Shown here in pieces: positions 41,443 to 54,189 of a DNA stretch of 64,000 bases. The DNA comes from Macrostomum lignano (Eukaryota): the NCBI GenBank assembly GCA_002269645.1, contig NIVC01000861.1:124001-188000 (forward strand). The letters run 5' to 3'. Made by a program: the position numbers and the translations under genes. Under the pieces are notes generated by a model. The model made no database searches. It had not been told where the DNA came from and worked only from the letters and a program-made list of their open reading frames with translations. How positions within the stretch are numbered: position 1 is the stretch's first letter; each line of letters begins with the position of its first letter.

Positions 41443-43744
41443 ATGCGGTTAACGCTGACCAGGCTTGCTGCTGCCGCTGGGGGCACTGCAGGCGGCGGCG
41501 GCGGAGGCGGCGGCAATCGGTTGAAGCGGCTCCGTCAGCTGACTGGCCGGTCTCTGCTGGATTGCCGGCAGGCCCTGGCCGCCTGCGGTCACAACATTGA
41601 CGCGGCTGTTGGCTGGTTGAAGAGAAGCTCGGCTTGCGGCATTTCTGCCCAGGAGCAGCCCGTCGCTGCTGGCGCTGACGATCGGCGGCGAGGCGAGAAA
41701 GCTGCGTTGAAAAGACGGCAAAAGCCGGCGAGGCACGGCCTGCTGGGCGTCTCTGTGCTGCAGCTGCCGCTGCGATTGCCTCAGCAAGCACGGTGAATAC
41801 AACTTTGTGTTGCAAGTGTTTTGTGTGTGTGTCTTGATCCTCAGTTGTTGGGCCAGCCTCCCAGATCCTGAGTTGCTGGGCCAGCCTCCCAGATCCTCAG
41901 TTGCTGGGCCAGCCTCCCAGATCCTGAGTTGCTGGGCCAGCCTCCCAGATCCTCAGTTGCTGGGCCAGCCTCCCAGATCCTCAGTTGCTGGGCCAGCCTC
42001 CCAGATCCTCAGTTGCTGGGCCAGCCTCCCAGATTTTAAGTTGCTGGGCCAGCCTCCCAGATCCTCAGTTGCTGGGCCAGCCTCCCAGATCCTCAGTTGC
42101 TGGGCCAGCCTCCCAGATCCTCAGTTGCTGGGCCACCAGCCTCCCAAATCCTCAGTTGCTGGGCCAGCCTCCCAGATCCTCAGTTGCTGGGCCACCAGCC
42201 TCCCAAATCCTCAGTTGCTGGGCCAGCCTCCCAGATCCTGAGTTGCTGGGCCACCAGCCTCCCAGATCCTGAGTTGCTGGGCCACCAGCCTCCCAAATCC
42301 TCAGTTGCTGGGCCAGCCTCCCAGATCCTCAGTTGCTGGGCCAGCCTCCCAAATCCTCAGTTGCTGGGCCAGCCTCCCAGATTGTTAGTTGCTGGGCTAC
42401 TCAGTTCAATAATTAACCTGCGCTCCTCTTCCCCAGCCGCCAAGCTGCATCACCGCAGCAGTCAGCAGCCACAGCCGTAGTTGTTGAACTCCGCTGTCAG
42501 ACAGAATTCGCGGCCCGCAATCAGCTGTTCCAGCTGCTCCTGTCCACCGCCTGCCAAGCCGTCATGACATCGGTGCTGGCCGCAGACACCGGCTCGGGTG
42601 GTGCGCTGCCGCCAGCCATAATTCTGTCTCCAGATCGACTTTTATCCCTGACCGTGCCAGCTGCGGCTAGCCGGGATTCCCATCGCGAGTCTGCAGCGCC
42701 CGCATCATCGGTGCTGACCATTGCCGACGCTCTGGCGGAGACGGCTTCAAGGATTGGTGAACGATTGACGCTGATCCGAGGATTGGCGTTCACGGCTCCG
42801 GCTGGGACCAAACTGGCCGTGTACTGCCACCCACTCGAGAGCTGGCATTTGCAGCACAAGCAGATTGCTAAGTGCGTGCTCGGGGGTTATTTGTGCCGTT
42901 CTATAGCTGGGATTTTATTCCCCTTTGTATGGCTGGGATTTTATTCCCCTTGATGTCTTTCATAGCTGGGATTTTATTCCCATAAGTGTCTCTCATAGCT
43001 GGGATTTTATTCCCCTTTTTATGGCTGGGATTTTATTCCCCTTAGTGTCTTTCATAGCTGGGTTTTATTCCCCTTAATGTCTTTCATAGCTGGGTTTTAT
43101 TCCCCTTAATGTCTTTCATAGCTGGGTTTTATTTCCCTTAGTGTCTTTCATAGCTGGGATTTTATTTCCCTTAGTGTCTTTCATAGCTGGCATTTTATTC
43201 CCCTAACTTACTTCCCCATCGGAGGGATCATTGCTAGATCAATAAACTGCCTAACATTGCTTACTAGAGTGCCCAAATCAACCCGTAGGCTATAAAATGT
43301 GCACCCAATGAACTCTTCATCAGGCCCGGCAGCACGGCACCATCGGCCAGCATCGGCCAGGGCTCCCCTCTGCAGCAGCAGCAGCCGCCGCCGGCTCCAA
43401 CAATATTCGCTCGCTACGCAGCCGGTGTAGCATATCAGCTGCTCGCCGCCGAGCAGAAGCACAGACAGCAGCAGCAGCAGGCGGCTGCAGAGGCTGCTAG
43501 ACGACTCGCTCAGCACGTGGTCGGCATGCGGCCCAGGTGTGTCGGAATCGACCCCACCGCTGCCGCCACTAGCTCCGCCGGTTTCAACGACGAGCGCCGA
43601 TTCGAACTTCAGCCATTCCTATTGGACGAGACGGTCACGGCTGGGGAATGGGCAGCGTCGCGGGGTATTCGGGTTGTCGATTTTTTTCGCGCCCAATCGG
43701 CGCCGCCTTCGTCAATCGACGTGTCGATTGGGAGCGTCGGCTAA
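41443..43744 (+). CDS. TSFM: Mitochondrial elongation factor Ts; exons 41443-41792, 42437-42871, 43324-43744 (acceptor of last exon less certain)
   Basis: UBA-like LKRLRQLTGRSLLDCRQALAACGHNIDAAVGWL, then VVELRCQTEFAARNQLFQ, IGERLTLIR, YCH, RRLAQHVVGMRP and QPFLLDETVT..VVDFFR. Phase-2 junctions join in frame; basic N-terminal targeting-like peptide. Confidence 0.85.
41838..42385. repeat. 28-bp minisatellite (CTCAGTTGCTGGGCCAGCCTCCCAGATC) in TSFM intron 1
   Basis: Period 28, some units with an extra CAC; inverse of the 30785-30975 array. Confidence 0.95.
42903..43203. repeat. 32/33-bp minisatellite (GCTGGGATTTTATTCCCCTTAGTGTCTTTCATA) in TSFM intron 2
   Basis: Period 32-33. Confidence 0.9.
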
Positions 43745-43852
43745 ATCTGTTCGGACGGAAATGAGCGAATCTCTAGGGTTTTTTTTAATCCTGTTTTGAA
43801 ATCCTATGGCTGATCCCAGCTTTAATATCCCATGGTGACTAATAGGGATTTT

Positions 43853-44185
43853 GTTCCCCAACTCTGAAATCCCCATACCCAGCTATAGGGATTTTAGTTT
43901 ATTCCCCAGCTCTGAAATCCCCATACCCAGCTATAGGGATTTTAGTTTATTCCCCAGCTCTGAAATCCCCATACCCAGCTATAGGGATTTTAGTTTATTC
44001 CCCAGCTCTGAAATCCCCATACCCAGCTATAGGGATTTTAGTTTATTCCCCAGCTCTGAAATCCCCATACCCAGCTATAGGGATTTTAGTTTATTCCCCA
44101 GCTCTGAAATCCCCATACCCAGCTATAGGGATTTTAGTTTATTCCCCAGCTCTGAAATCCCCATACCCAGCTAAAGGGATTTTAT
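43853..44185. repeat. 48-bp minisatellite downstream of TSFM
   Basis: Period 48 (16-codon repeat in the ORF track). Confidence 0.93.
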
Positions 44186-44692
44186 CCACCAACTCTGGAA
44201 TCCCCATGGTGACTCATGCTGATGATTTCATATTGTCTTGCGAAACATTTTTTAACATTAGAATTACCACTTTTGATATTTATTCTAGTTAATAAATTAG
44301 ACAAAAATTTTGGCAGCAATTTTTGTTTTACTTTTTTAATGTACATGCAGCATTAGTTAATCCCTAGGCCGCGCTAGGCTAACTTGCCAGCATATCAGGA
44401 GTCAATGCATAAACATACATTCACATCTATTGTGTCATCGATTGCTTGTTTCTTAGATTGATCATGCCCGCTGTATTCTGATTGACATGATAATACATTT
44501 AGAATGCACATTTAGAACGTCTCGGACGTCTTCTGTTCTTTGCACGAACTATGGCTTGTATAAAAACTACGTGTTTGTTTTGAACCATTTTGTTTCGTGT
44601 TTTATTAATATTTAGAAAGCAACTTATTATTGATAAATAATGAGATTGATAATTAATGAGACAGATAACAGAAAGTTAGTTAGTTAGATTGA

Positions 44693-46352
44693 TGTAACCG
44701 CCCTTGATGACCGTCTGCTCAGCGGGGAGGAGAGAGACCGACCATAGGGGGCAATGACCGTAGGCTGCCTATGACCGGGCAATGACCTGACGGACCTCCA
44801 ACACCAGACTGTAACGCCCACATGAATGATAGCTTTGGTAACGCTTTTGTGACCAGAGGGCCAAGGACCCACATGGACCCCACCTGTAGCCAAGGTACAA
44901 TAGTTGGTCACCTGCCACCACGCTTTGTGACGTGGTGCACCTGGATCTTACGACCAGATCTGTCGAGGCTAGAGCCCCGCCTGGATTGGTTACCAGGGGA
45001 TTTAGGCTAACAGGAGAGACGGATGCAGCCGAGTACAGGGACTCTGCTTGGTGCATATTCGGGAACTGTGGGATCAATCTGGAGGATTTCTCAGCAGGGG
45101 ATCCTTTTTGGCTATGATTGAGGCGGACTTGAGACTTCAATTACTAAGAGTAGTGTGAGATGAACATGTACTAGCTCTAGTTTAGATTGCTCAGGGCGAA
45201 GGGACGCATAAGCAGGGTGTTGCAACCTTCCTGCTGCCATTCTGTGCCATGGCCCATGACCCGCTACTTCCCTTACTGCCCACACACACAAACCCGCAGC
45301 AGCACACACAGGCGGGCTTGGCACGGGGAGAGGCCATTGGCTTACCCAAACTTCCTTATGCTTTGCCACCCAGGGAGAAGGCTTAGCAAGCCATAAATGA
45401 AATGATGGTGAAAGTGCGAAAAATGAGGAGTTTATTAGTGGTTATTAATGATTAGGCCCTTAGGCAAAATAAACAGGCAATTAGGCGGCTTCACTATTGA
45501 GTAAACATACAGCAAAGATACGGTAACACAATTGGCTCAGCTCTCTAATCAGTCCTCACGGCCGCCGCTCCAAAGTCGTTCCCATGACTCCCTCTCTCTG
45601 ATTGGCTGCCGGGAAAATGACGTCAGAATGAGTCATGAATGATGATGAGAAGCATGAGAACGGCATAGCAACATGAGAAATGGGAGAATTGCGCAATCCG
45701 GAGGAGGGGTGAGGGGGAAATGAGCACAGCGGGGGGTCGACGAAGTGTTGCGCAAGCAAACATTAAGAACAATGGGATCCAGACCGAGAATAAAGGAAAT
45801 GGAAATGGGGGGTAATTGGGGAGAACCGGGAACAATAGAAAAGTAAACACTGGAGAAAAGGTGCTAATTGGGTGCGAAAAGGAGAACAATAGAACCGGAA
45901 AATCTGGGAAGATGTGATAATTAGGTGCGAAAACAACAACAACAACAAGGGTTAGAAGCCTTGCGTCACCGTTTGGGATTCTAAAAGGTGGGGCGTTGGT
46001 GAGCACAGGCAATAATGTAACTAAGCACGGGATGAGAAGGGGACAGCGCAAGAAAAACGGGCTAAAACATGAGGAGAAAGATGAGAAACATAAGAAGTAC
46101 ATGATACATGGGGTGGGGCGCGTGAAAAATGGGGAAGGCAGACGAGGTGCACGAAAAAGGGGCTCCGGAAAGGCACGTGTGGCTGAGTGGGAGACGGAAC
46201 CGAGCCGGCAGGGGGATGCAGCAGAGCGGGAGTCAGTTGGCCTGGTCAGGGACCCGGCCCAGTCTCTACAGCTCTGCCCGGTGGGTCAAAAGAGATCTGG
46301 GAGATTCCGAAAAATTTCCCCCACCAGATCCCGCGACCAGAGCGTGGTTACA
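44693..46352. mobile_element. Putative solo-LTR-like or deleted LTR element (1660 bp)
   Basis: Termini TGTAACC...GGTTACA; the inverted match extends to TTGATGTAACC. The segment is GC-richer than its flanks. No direct TSD was found. Confidence 0.4.
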
Positions 46353-46354
46353 TC

Positions 46355-46515
46355 AAGATAGATAGATAGATTGATTGATTGATAAACACTCGTAGATAGA
46401 TAGGTAAATAGATAGATGGATAGATAAGTAGATAGATGGATAGATAAGATGGATAGATAAATAGATAGATAGATGGATAAATAGATAGATAGATGGATAG
46501 ATAGATAGATAGATA
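46355..46515. repeat. Degenerate (GATA)n microsatellite
   Basis: GATA/GATG/GATT units. Confidence 0.9.
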
Positions 46516-47011
46516 GAAAATCAGTGAAAACAAGCCAAAGACTTTGAGCACATATCTGTGCAAACTAAATATGAAATCGCATTATAGTTGACGATGAAAG
46601 CAACTTTTTAAAATATTGTTTTACGAGCTATATGTTTACAGAGATAATAACAGCATTATTCTGAATATACATGGTAATTAAATATGTAACAGAATAATTA
46701 ACCACGTGTCTATAATTTAGCCGTATTTGCTTAACTATCAAATCAATTTGTTTAAACGAGTACACAAACTTATAGAATATAAATTTAATGCAGGATATTA
46801 AACTTTTATCTGGAAATCTTTCTAATGAGAGATATGCTAAAAGTCTATTAGCCTGACTTGCAATATTAATAAATCGTCCTTACTATGTGTTCTATAAAAA
46901 ATTCAATGAGAGGTTACGTGTCTATACAGCAGAGAAAAATTCCAATAGTTAATGAAATCAATGTAGTAAGTAGTATAGTAAGCATCTGTACTGTGCCTTG
47001 TGCACGCCGGC

Positions 47012-50000
47012 TCACTTGGCACTGGCTGGAATCTTCGGCAGGCCGAATTCGTCTAGTTGAGCATCGCCCTGTAATTTATTTATTGTTTATTGGTATTGAC
47101 GTGACGTGCTACTCTGGTCTTTACCTACTCTGTAGTGTATTTAAATTCGCGATTTAATCACTCTGATCACTAGCCAACTTTCATTCTGATCTCTAGCTAA
47201 CTTTCACTCTGATCTCTAGCCAACTTTTACTCTGATCTCTAGCTAACTTTTACTCTGATCTCTAGCCAACTTTCACTCTGATCTCTAGCTAACTTTCACT
47301 CTGATCTCTAGCTAACTTTCACTCTGATCTCTAGCTAACTTTCACTCTGATCTCTAGCTAACTTTCACTCTGATCTCTAGCCAACTTTCACTCTGATCTC
47401 TAGCTAACTTTCACTCTGATCTCTAGCTAACTTTCACTCTGATCTCTAGCTAAATTTTACTCTGATCTCTAGCCAACTTTCACTCTGATCTCTAGCTAAC
47501 TTTCACTCTGATCTCTAGCTAACTTTCACTCTGATCTCTAGCTAACTTTCACTCTGATCTCTAGCTAAATTTTACTCTGATCTCTAGCCAACTTTCACTC
47601 TGATCTCTAGCTAACTTTCACTCTGATCTCTAGCCAACTTTCACTCTGATCTCTAGCTAACTTTCACTCTGATCTCTAGCTAACTTTTACTCTGATCTCT
47701 AGCCAACTTTCACTCTGATCTCTAGCTAACTTTTACTCTGATCTCTAGCCAACTTTCACTCTGATCTCTAGCTAACTTTCACTCTGATCTCTGGCCAACT
47801 TTTACTCTGATCTCTAGCCAACTTTCATTCTGATCTCTAGCTAACTTTCACTCTGATCTCTAGCCAACTTTCACTCTGATCTCTAGCTAACTTTCACTCT
47901 GATCTCTAGCTAACTTTCACTCTGATCTCTAGCTAACTTTCACTCTGATCTCTAGCTAACTTTCACTCTGATCTCTAGCTAACTTTCACTCTGATCTCTA
48001 GCTAACTTTCACTCTGATCTCTAGCTAACTTTTACTCTGATCTCTAGCCAACTTTCACTCTGATCTCTAGCTAACTTTCACTCTGATCTCTAGCTAACTT
48101 TCACTCTGATCTCTAGCTAACTTTTACTCTGATCTCTAGCTAACTTTTACTCTGATCACTAGCTAACTTTTACTCTGATCTCTGGCCAACTTTTACTCTG
48201 ATCACTAGCTAACTTTTACTCTGATCTCTAGCTACGAGTAACTATCACTCTTATCTTACTAAAATTCTTCACTCTGTCCCACTAAGCTGAACTCAAGCGC
48301 TCACAGCAGCGGCGCTCTCAGCTCCGGGCTCCTTGCTGGGCACTCCGGGCGCGTTCAGAGCCTCATCCAAATAAGAATCATCGCCAACTCCGATATCATC
48401 GCCAAGAGCTTCCAGCTCGGCTTCCAGCTCAGACTCGTCCACGTCTGGCATGCCGTAGCTGCGGCCCATGACCTCGTTGATCTCATTGGCCTGATCCATG
48501 AAATCCTCCAGATCGTCTTGCAGATCCTCAACCTTGTCCAAGTTGATACCTTTGTAGCTCTTCTTGAACTCTTTCATGCCGCCTTTCATAGCTTCAACGG
48601 TGGTCTTGGTGTCCTTCACCGTCTGGATGGCGAAGTTAGTCTGCTCCAGATTAAAGCTCTGCTGAGTCAGCTGGTCCCGCTGCTGCTCATAGGTTCGCTT
48701 CTGTTTGAGCACACGCAGCGCCTTCTGCTTAACAAGATTCTTGGAGGGGCCTTCGCGCATCTTCTTCATCTGGTCCCGGTATTTGGCCAGCTCAGCGTCT
48801 AGGCGGGCGATTTTCTTGTCCACGGATTCGCCGCGACTGTCAATCTGGCAATTGGGGGAATGAGAGTCCAATTAGATTGGACTGCAACTCCTATGATAGT
48901 AGGGGGTCTGAATCTATCTTTTTAGGATTAGACAAGCTTAGAATCCAATTCCCATCTCTATTTTCCTTTGTAGAACTGTTGACATAGAAATTCAGTGTAT
49001 GCTTCACTTGTATCAACCAATTTTTCCACTTTTTTTTCTGACTAACTTATTGGCTGCTCTTCTGCTACTTGCTATGTTTTTTATCCTCCTTTGTGTTTTT
49101 TCTTATGCCACTTGTATTGCTTTTTTGTTGCCTTTCTTCTTTTTTGTTTCATTATTTTCTAGTTAAGTTTTAACAATTACCAAGTAAATAATTGACAAGC
49201 AGTGGCCGTGGCATGACGCGAATTCTATCACCCCGACGCGAAAATTGATAGCAATGGAGAACGCGAAAAAAACAAAATGCTTCTTATAAGTTTTTCAAAA
49301 GAATTTTGTTGTGTAATAGGCCTTCATACAAATGATTATTAAATAATGACTATTGAATTCTTTATTGTGCAGTACTTGAATAAAATGAAGCTATCAACAT
49401 GTTTTTATCGTCTTAATCAAACTTTTTATTTTGTTAAAAGTGTAAATTTTTAGGATTCGGCTAATAATAAATACCATGAGATAGACGTGTTATCTATGCA
49501 ACTATGGATTTGTGAAAGCTAGTACAGTTTGCTTGTACCTTTCGTTCATCTTTTGACACTTTTAGCCATTCGACAACTCAGTCCAGCGCCTCCATGAGCC
49601 TAAGTAAAAGCCCGAGGTTACCAGTGGCTTAGAATGAAGACTGGCTGGAGCGCATTGATAACAATGGCGACAAGATTGGCATCTGGGCAAAGAAGCTCGA
49701 CAGCGAGGGTAGCACAGTGCGCTGCAACTGGTATGCCAAAACTTTTGAAATCAAAAGTGGCCTGACCAACTTTAGAAGCCACGCAGAGGCTGCAAAACAT
49801 AAGCGCCGCTGAAGTAAATCCGCTGCTGAAGTAAATACATTTGCTTTCACCACATTAGACACAAGCAGTACAATTGCTGATGCACGGGCAGCTGAGATCC
49901 GATGTGCTACGAGACTCGTAATCAAGGCACGCAGCTTCGAATCAGAAGCAGATCTCGCTGAGGATATTGCTGCGATTTGTCCAGATTCAAAGATTCCTCC

Positions 50001-53000
50001 CCGTAATGCAGCTCTATGAAAGCAAGATTGCTTACCTCCTTCGGGATGCATTGTTTCCATACATCAGAGAAGTAGTGCTGCAGGAGATCCGCGCAGCTGA
50101 ATGGTTCTCGCTAATAAAGGATCCAATTACCTCGGAGTAGTTGCCCGCTTCCTGCCCAGCTCGTCTCTTGACGTTAAAGTGGTCTGCATCGACTTGTCTG
50201 AGTTAAAGTCCACAACAGCAGAGGCAATGGCGACTGCCGTCCGTCAGTCAATGTTGAAGTCTGGAATCAATAGCAACTACTGTCTCTCTATTATGAGTGA
50301 CAGTTGTAACGCTATGCGTGGTGCCAAGAGTGGTACAGTTGTTAGGCTAAAAACCGACGGGTTTCCTAACCTAATTGATCTAGGAGGCTGTTGCTTACAC
50401 CATGTCGCTAACGTGGCTAGATACGCCTGTGGTGCTTCCGACCTTGGAGTGTCAGTAGAACGCTTGCTTAAGGAGATCTACGCCTTCTTTAAGACAGTGC
50501 AGTCGGATGGTTTTGATGACGTTCTAGCTGACAGCTTCTGTGAGATAAAGAAGCTGGCATTCCTCCGACCTGTGGACACCCGGTGGCTCCAAGTGCTGCC
50601 TGTCGTTGAACGAGTGCTCTATCTGGATGCACCGCTTGATAAGTTCTTTTCGGAACTGAACGTCAAGAGTAGGGACTCAGGGCCGCACGCTGGTACCATA
50701 AAAAAGACCCTGAGAGATCCAAAGACTGAGTTCTTTCTTCGTTTCATAGCAGAGGTTTTGCAGCCAGCCGCTTCAGCGTTTTGAGCTTCTTTGCCAGCAG
50801 GAAAGCTCCGAGCTCCACCACCTACACAGTCAAATGCTAGACTTGATGAAGCGCTGGTTGTTGCGATTTGTAGATTTGGCGAAGCTTTCCAAGTGGCATC
50901 CATGGAAAGTCAACTTGGATGATCCAGCTGTCTAGCTAGGGCCCTATAGCATTGGGATGGGTGAGCCAGCAAAGCCATTGTTCGTTGACATAAGTGCTGT
51001 CGTGCTGACGACTAGCAAGTGTGTCTTCAAGCAATGAAAAAATTCTTCCGAGTTGGAACTAAAAAACTGAGGGACTACCTGCCCTTCAAGAGAAAGTTCT
51101 TCAAGGCCTGCAAAATGCTGGATCCAAAGGAGCAGCGTAATTCGTCGTATGTTAAGTGGGTTACAACCTTCGTGGCAGAAATGTCATTTGCTTTTGCTGA
51201 CACGGAGTTTGGCAGCCTGGAAGTTGAGGCGCGTCTACACCAGACAGAGATTCCGGAGTTGGAGTCGTCAAATGTCATCGAGTTTTGGGAGTCTGTATCC
51301 AAGGCTGGTAATCGTCCTCTACTCATCAGGCTTGTCAGAGCGCTTCTCGTTCTCCCACACGGGAACACTGAAGTTGAGCGAGTCTTCAGTCTGGTTTGGG
51401 ACACGGTTACTAAGAAGCGGACAAGTTTGGCGCCCTTCACCATCAAGGCCTTAATTGTCACTCATTCCTGTTTGTCTGTAAAGAAATGGACTGCTGCAAA
51501 TCTGCTTGTCACCTTAGCTCTCCAGAACATGTGCACAAGTGCTCATTTGGCATACCGACAGAGACTGAAGGATGAGGCGGTGGAAGCGGAGCGAGAGCGC
51601 CATGAAAAGCTAACAAAAGAGGTGCTCACTGAAGTGGAGGCAGAAAAGAAAGCTAGCAAGCAATTCAGCTCTTTGCAAATTGATATTGCATCAAATGCAA
51701 TAAAAATTGAGAAAAAAATTAAAGAAAAGAGTGCTGCACTTCTAAAGAAGCTTGGCTAAAAGCAAAGGTGCACAAAAATGAGCTTGAAGAGCTTTGCAAA
51801 GTGCAGGATTGCATTTGAAAGAGGAAAGAAGAAGAGTCAGAGCAAATTACGCAGTCAGTTTTAAAGAGGAAGACTGCTGAGCTGGCAGCTGCAACGCCTC
51901 TGCCGGCATCTGTTGCGCAGATTAAAAAGTTTTGACGTGACTGACTTTTGACTGATCCTTTACGTTAATAGAGACTGTGCTAGTAAATAGCAGGACTCAT
52001 TGATGGTTGACACTCTGCTTATTTAAGCTGTTTTTTACCTAAGCAGTTGAAAAGCACTCTTATATGTTGTTTCAATCAATGTTTCAAAAAAGTTTCAATT
52101 CAATCCAATTTTTAAGTAATTAAAATCCACATTTTACTCCTAAAGCAAACTTGCTTGATTGCGTTAAACTCATAAGTTTCTTCCTTAACAAAACAGAATT
52201 GCTTTCAAACACAAGGAAACAGCTTAACATGTAATGCCATGAATTCAAGAGACATTTTACACATATTTTACACATATCCTATGTGAACTTTATTAAACTA
52301 GTACCTCTACTTAATCATTCAGCTAATTTATTTGTTTCAAAAAAATTCAAAAAATATTATTATTTGCCTTAGCAAACTATTCCATAACTAAAGAACCTCA
52401 TTGAAGCAAAATTGAATCTTAAGTCTTAATACATTTCTTTGAAAAAAAATTCTATTGGTTCTTCAATAGTTGTTTGTTTTGAAATAAGGGATGGGACTAA
52501 ATGAAAAAAATGGCATATAGTTGCCATGGCCACTGTTGACAAGGTCAAAAGTAAAGTATATCATATATGTTTTAAAGTCTAAATTGCTACCATATAATTC
52601 CACAAGCAATCATTAAAGCCATAGAATAAAAAACTGGATATAACTATTTATTGACTAGTTTGAGTTGTTTGAATAATGGATAAGAAATAATATTTTTGTA
52701 TAAATTCATTCTAATATTAGACACTTTAGCCTTAGGTTCTTTTAAACATCTTTGTCCTTAGCTTCAAACAAAATCAAAAGAGATATGTTATCTATCTAAA
52801 ATACAAATATATAACTTGAAGCAAAAAATGATCCAATTTACAAATTGACTTAGATAAAAACTTGATGATTTATAAGCTAAGGCTTATTGAATTAAGCATT
52901 TGCAAAAGGCTAGGCCAATGATGAATAGCCTAGGCTATACCTACTTTATTCTCTAGCCTATAGGCCTATCCTTAAGTTTTAAAAGGCATACATAGGTTTA

Positions 53001-53261
53001 GAATTATGGACTAAATTTGCATTTTAAATTAAATTTCACACAATTAATTGCACGCAAATGCAAAAATGAAAGTAGAAAACAAAATAATGTATTAAAAAGT
53101 TTTTTATTATAGGGAATAGAGTCGAATAAATTGTATCAAAAGATTAGACACACAGAAATTAGGTGTTTATAGTAAAAAATGTAAAGACTTACATTAGAAA
53201 CAGCATCATTAAGACTTGGTGGAGGTTGTTTTGGCTTTCCAGTACCAAAAAGTCTATTCAT
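47012..53261 (-). CDS. CHMP5: Charged multivesicular body protein 5 (Vps60, ESCRT-III); exons 53261-53193, 48844-48305, 47068-47012
   Basis: Exon 1 is [23 protein letters not shown]|GTAAGT, exon 2 is [19 protein letters not shown]...SYLDEA, and exon 3 is [18 protein letters not shown]. All junctions are phase 0 GT-AG. Confidence 0.95.
47158..48232. repeat. 23-bp minisatellite (CTCTGATCTCTAGCTAACTTTCA) in CHMP5 intron 2
   Basis: Period 23. Confidence 0.97.
49200..52535 (+). mobile_element. hAT DNA transposon (3336 bp) in CHMP5 intron 1, antisense to host gene
   Basis: 14-bp TIR CAGTGGCCRTGGCA (one mismatch); perfect 8-bp TSD TTGACAAG (49192-49199, 52536-52543); internal transposase remnants. 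Confidence 0.92.
49600..51935 (+). pseudogene. Disrupted hAT transposase (ORF pieces 50101-50784, 51019-51759)
   Basis: BED-like finger remnant (W....D.NG...C.W....G.....H...KH), [27 protein letters not shown], and the hAT dimerisation motif [15 protein letters not shown]. Stops and frameshifts are present. Confidence 0.85.
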
Positions 53262-54189
53262 TATGCTTTATTATTGATGATCACACTGAGCAAAGGTAAA
53301 CAGCCTTTCTGTGAAATTATACACCAAAATCAAGAGTTTAGTCAAGTTAAAATTCGCAACTGCAGAATAAGAACCTATAAATGCCGATATCTAAAGAGTT
53401 ATTAAGTAAGATTAGTTCAGCAGATCACTACCTCACTCAGCTCAAGAAACTGGCAAGTTAAATAAATTAATAACTAGATTTGTCTTATCTTGAAACTGTG
53501 CGTCATAATTAGTCATTAAAGAAATAATCATTGGCACCAAACACAGAAACACAACGGAAGATTGATTTTGCATAAATTGCTATTGATAGAAAAATTGAGC
53601 GCCGGTTTAACTAAAGCAGTATTCACAATTTTGTTTTAGTTAAAAGCTTTAAATACACGAGACGTAATAGTTTTAGAGCCCCTTTGGATTTACACAGATC
53701 GAATTTTATCCAAGATATTTTAGCTGAAATAATGGCAGGCGCTTTTGTCTATGGTAGCAATGGGGTGGCAAGCATCATTTGATTCGGTCCAATAATTCAT
53801 GAATAAATTTGGGTCCATGCGGCTATATGAAGCGCAATCACGAGTTACATCTGCTGCATGTGATAATTAAATGCAAATTTACATTGTAATAATTGTGAAA
53901 ATTTCACTGTACGGCCTGTAGCAACAAGATGACATAAAAGCAGTCTGCTCTATCTACTAATAAAAAGTTCGCATGGTTAAAAACTCCGATCCGCTTCGAT
54001 GATCAAGACTCCTTTGACGTTTCGTTTGACAGTCCAAGCTTAAACTGTAATGGCGTCCAACGTACGATTCTGCATGGGGGCTTGATCTTGTTCCTCCACA
54101 CAGTAGTTGAAAATGAACCATTGCTTCCGTCCTCACTGCTTGTCAGTCATGTTTAAAATCTAAGGATGAAACTATATAAACCCACTTAT

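Noticed and set aside
49600-51935. Stop-codon readthrough or alternative genetic code for the hAT transposase
   Set aside because: Interruptions include different stop types plus frameshifts, while host genes use the standard code; this is ordinary pseudogenisation.
53600-54160. Possible small spliced gene on the minus strand (acceptor then ATGACTGACAAGCA|GTGAGG)
   Set aside because: I could not assemble phase-consistent exons into a recognisable protein.
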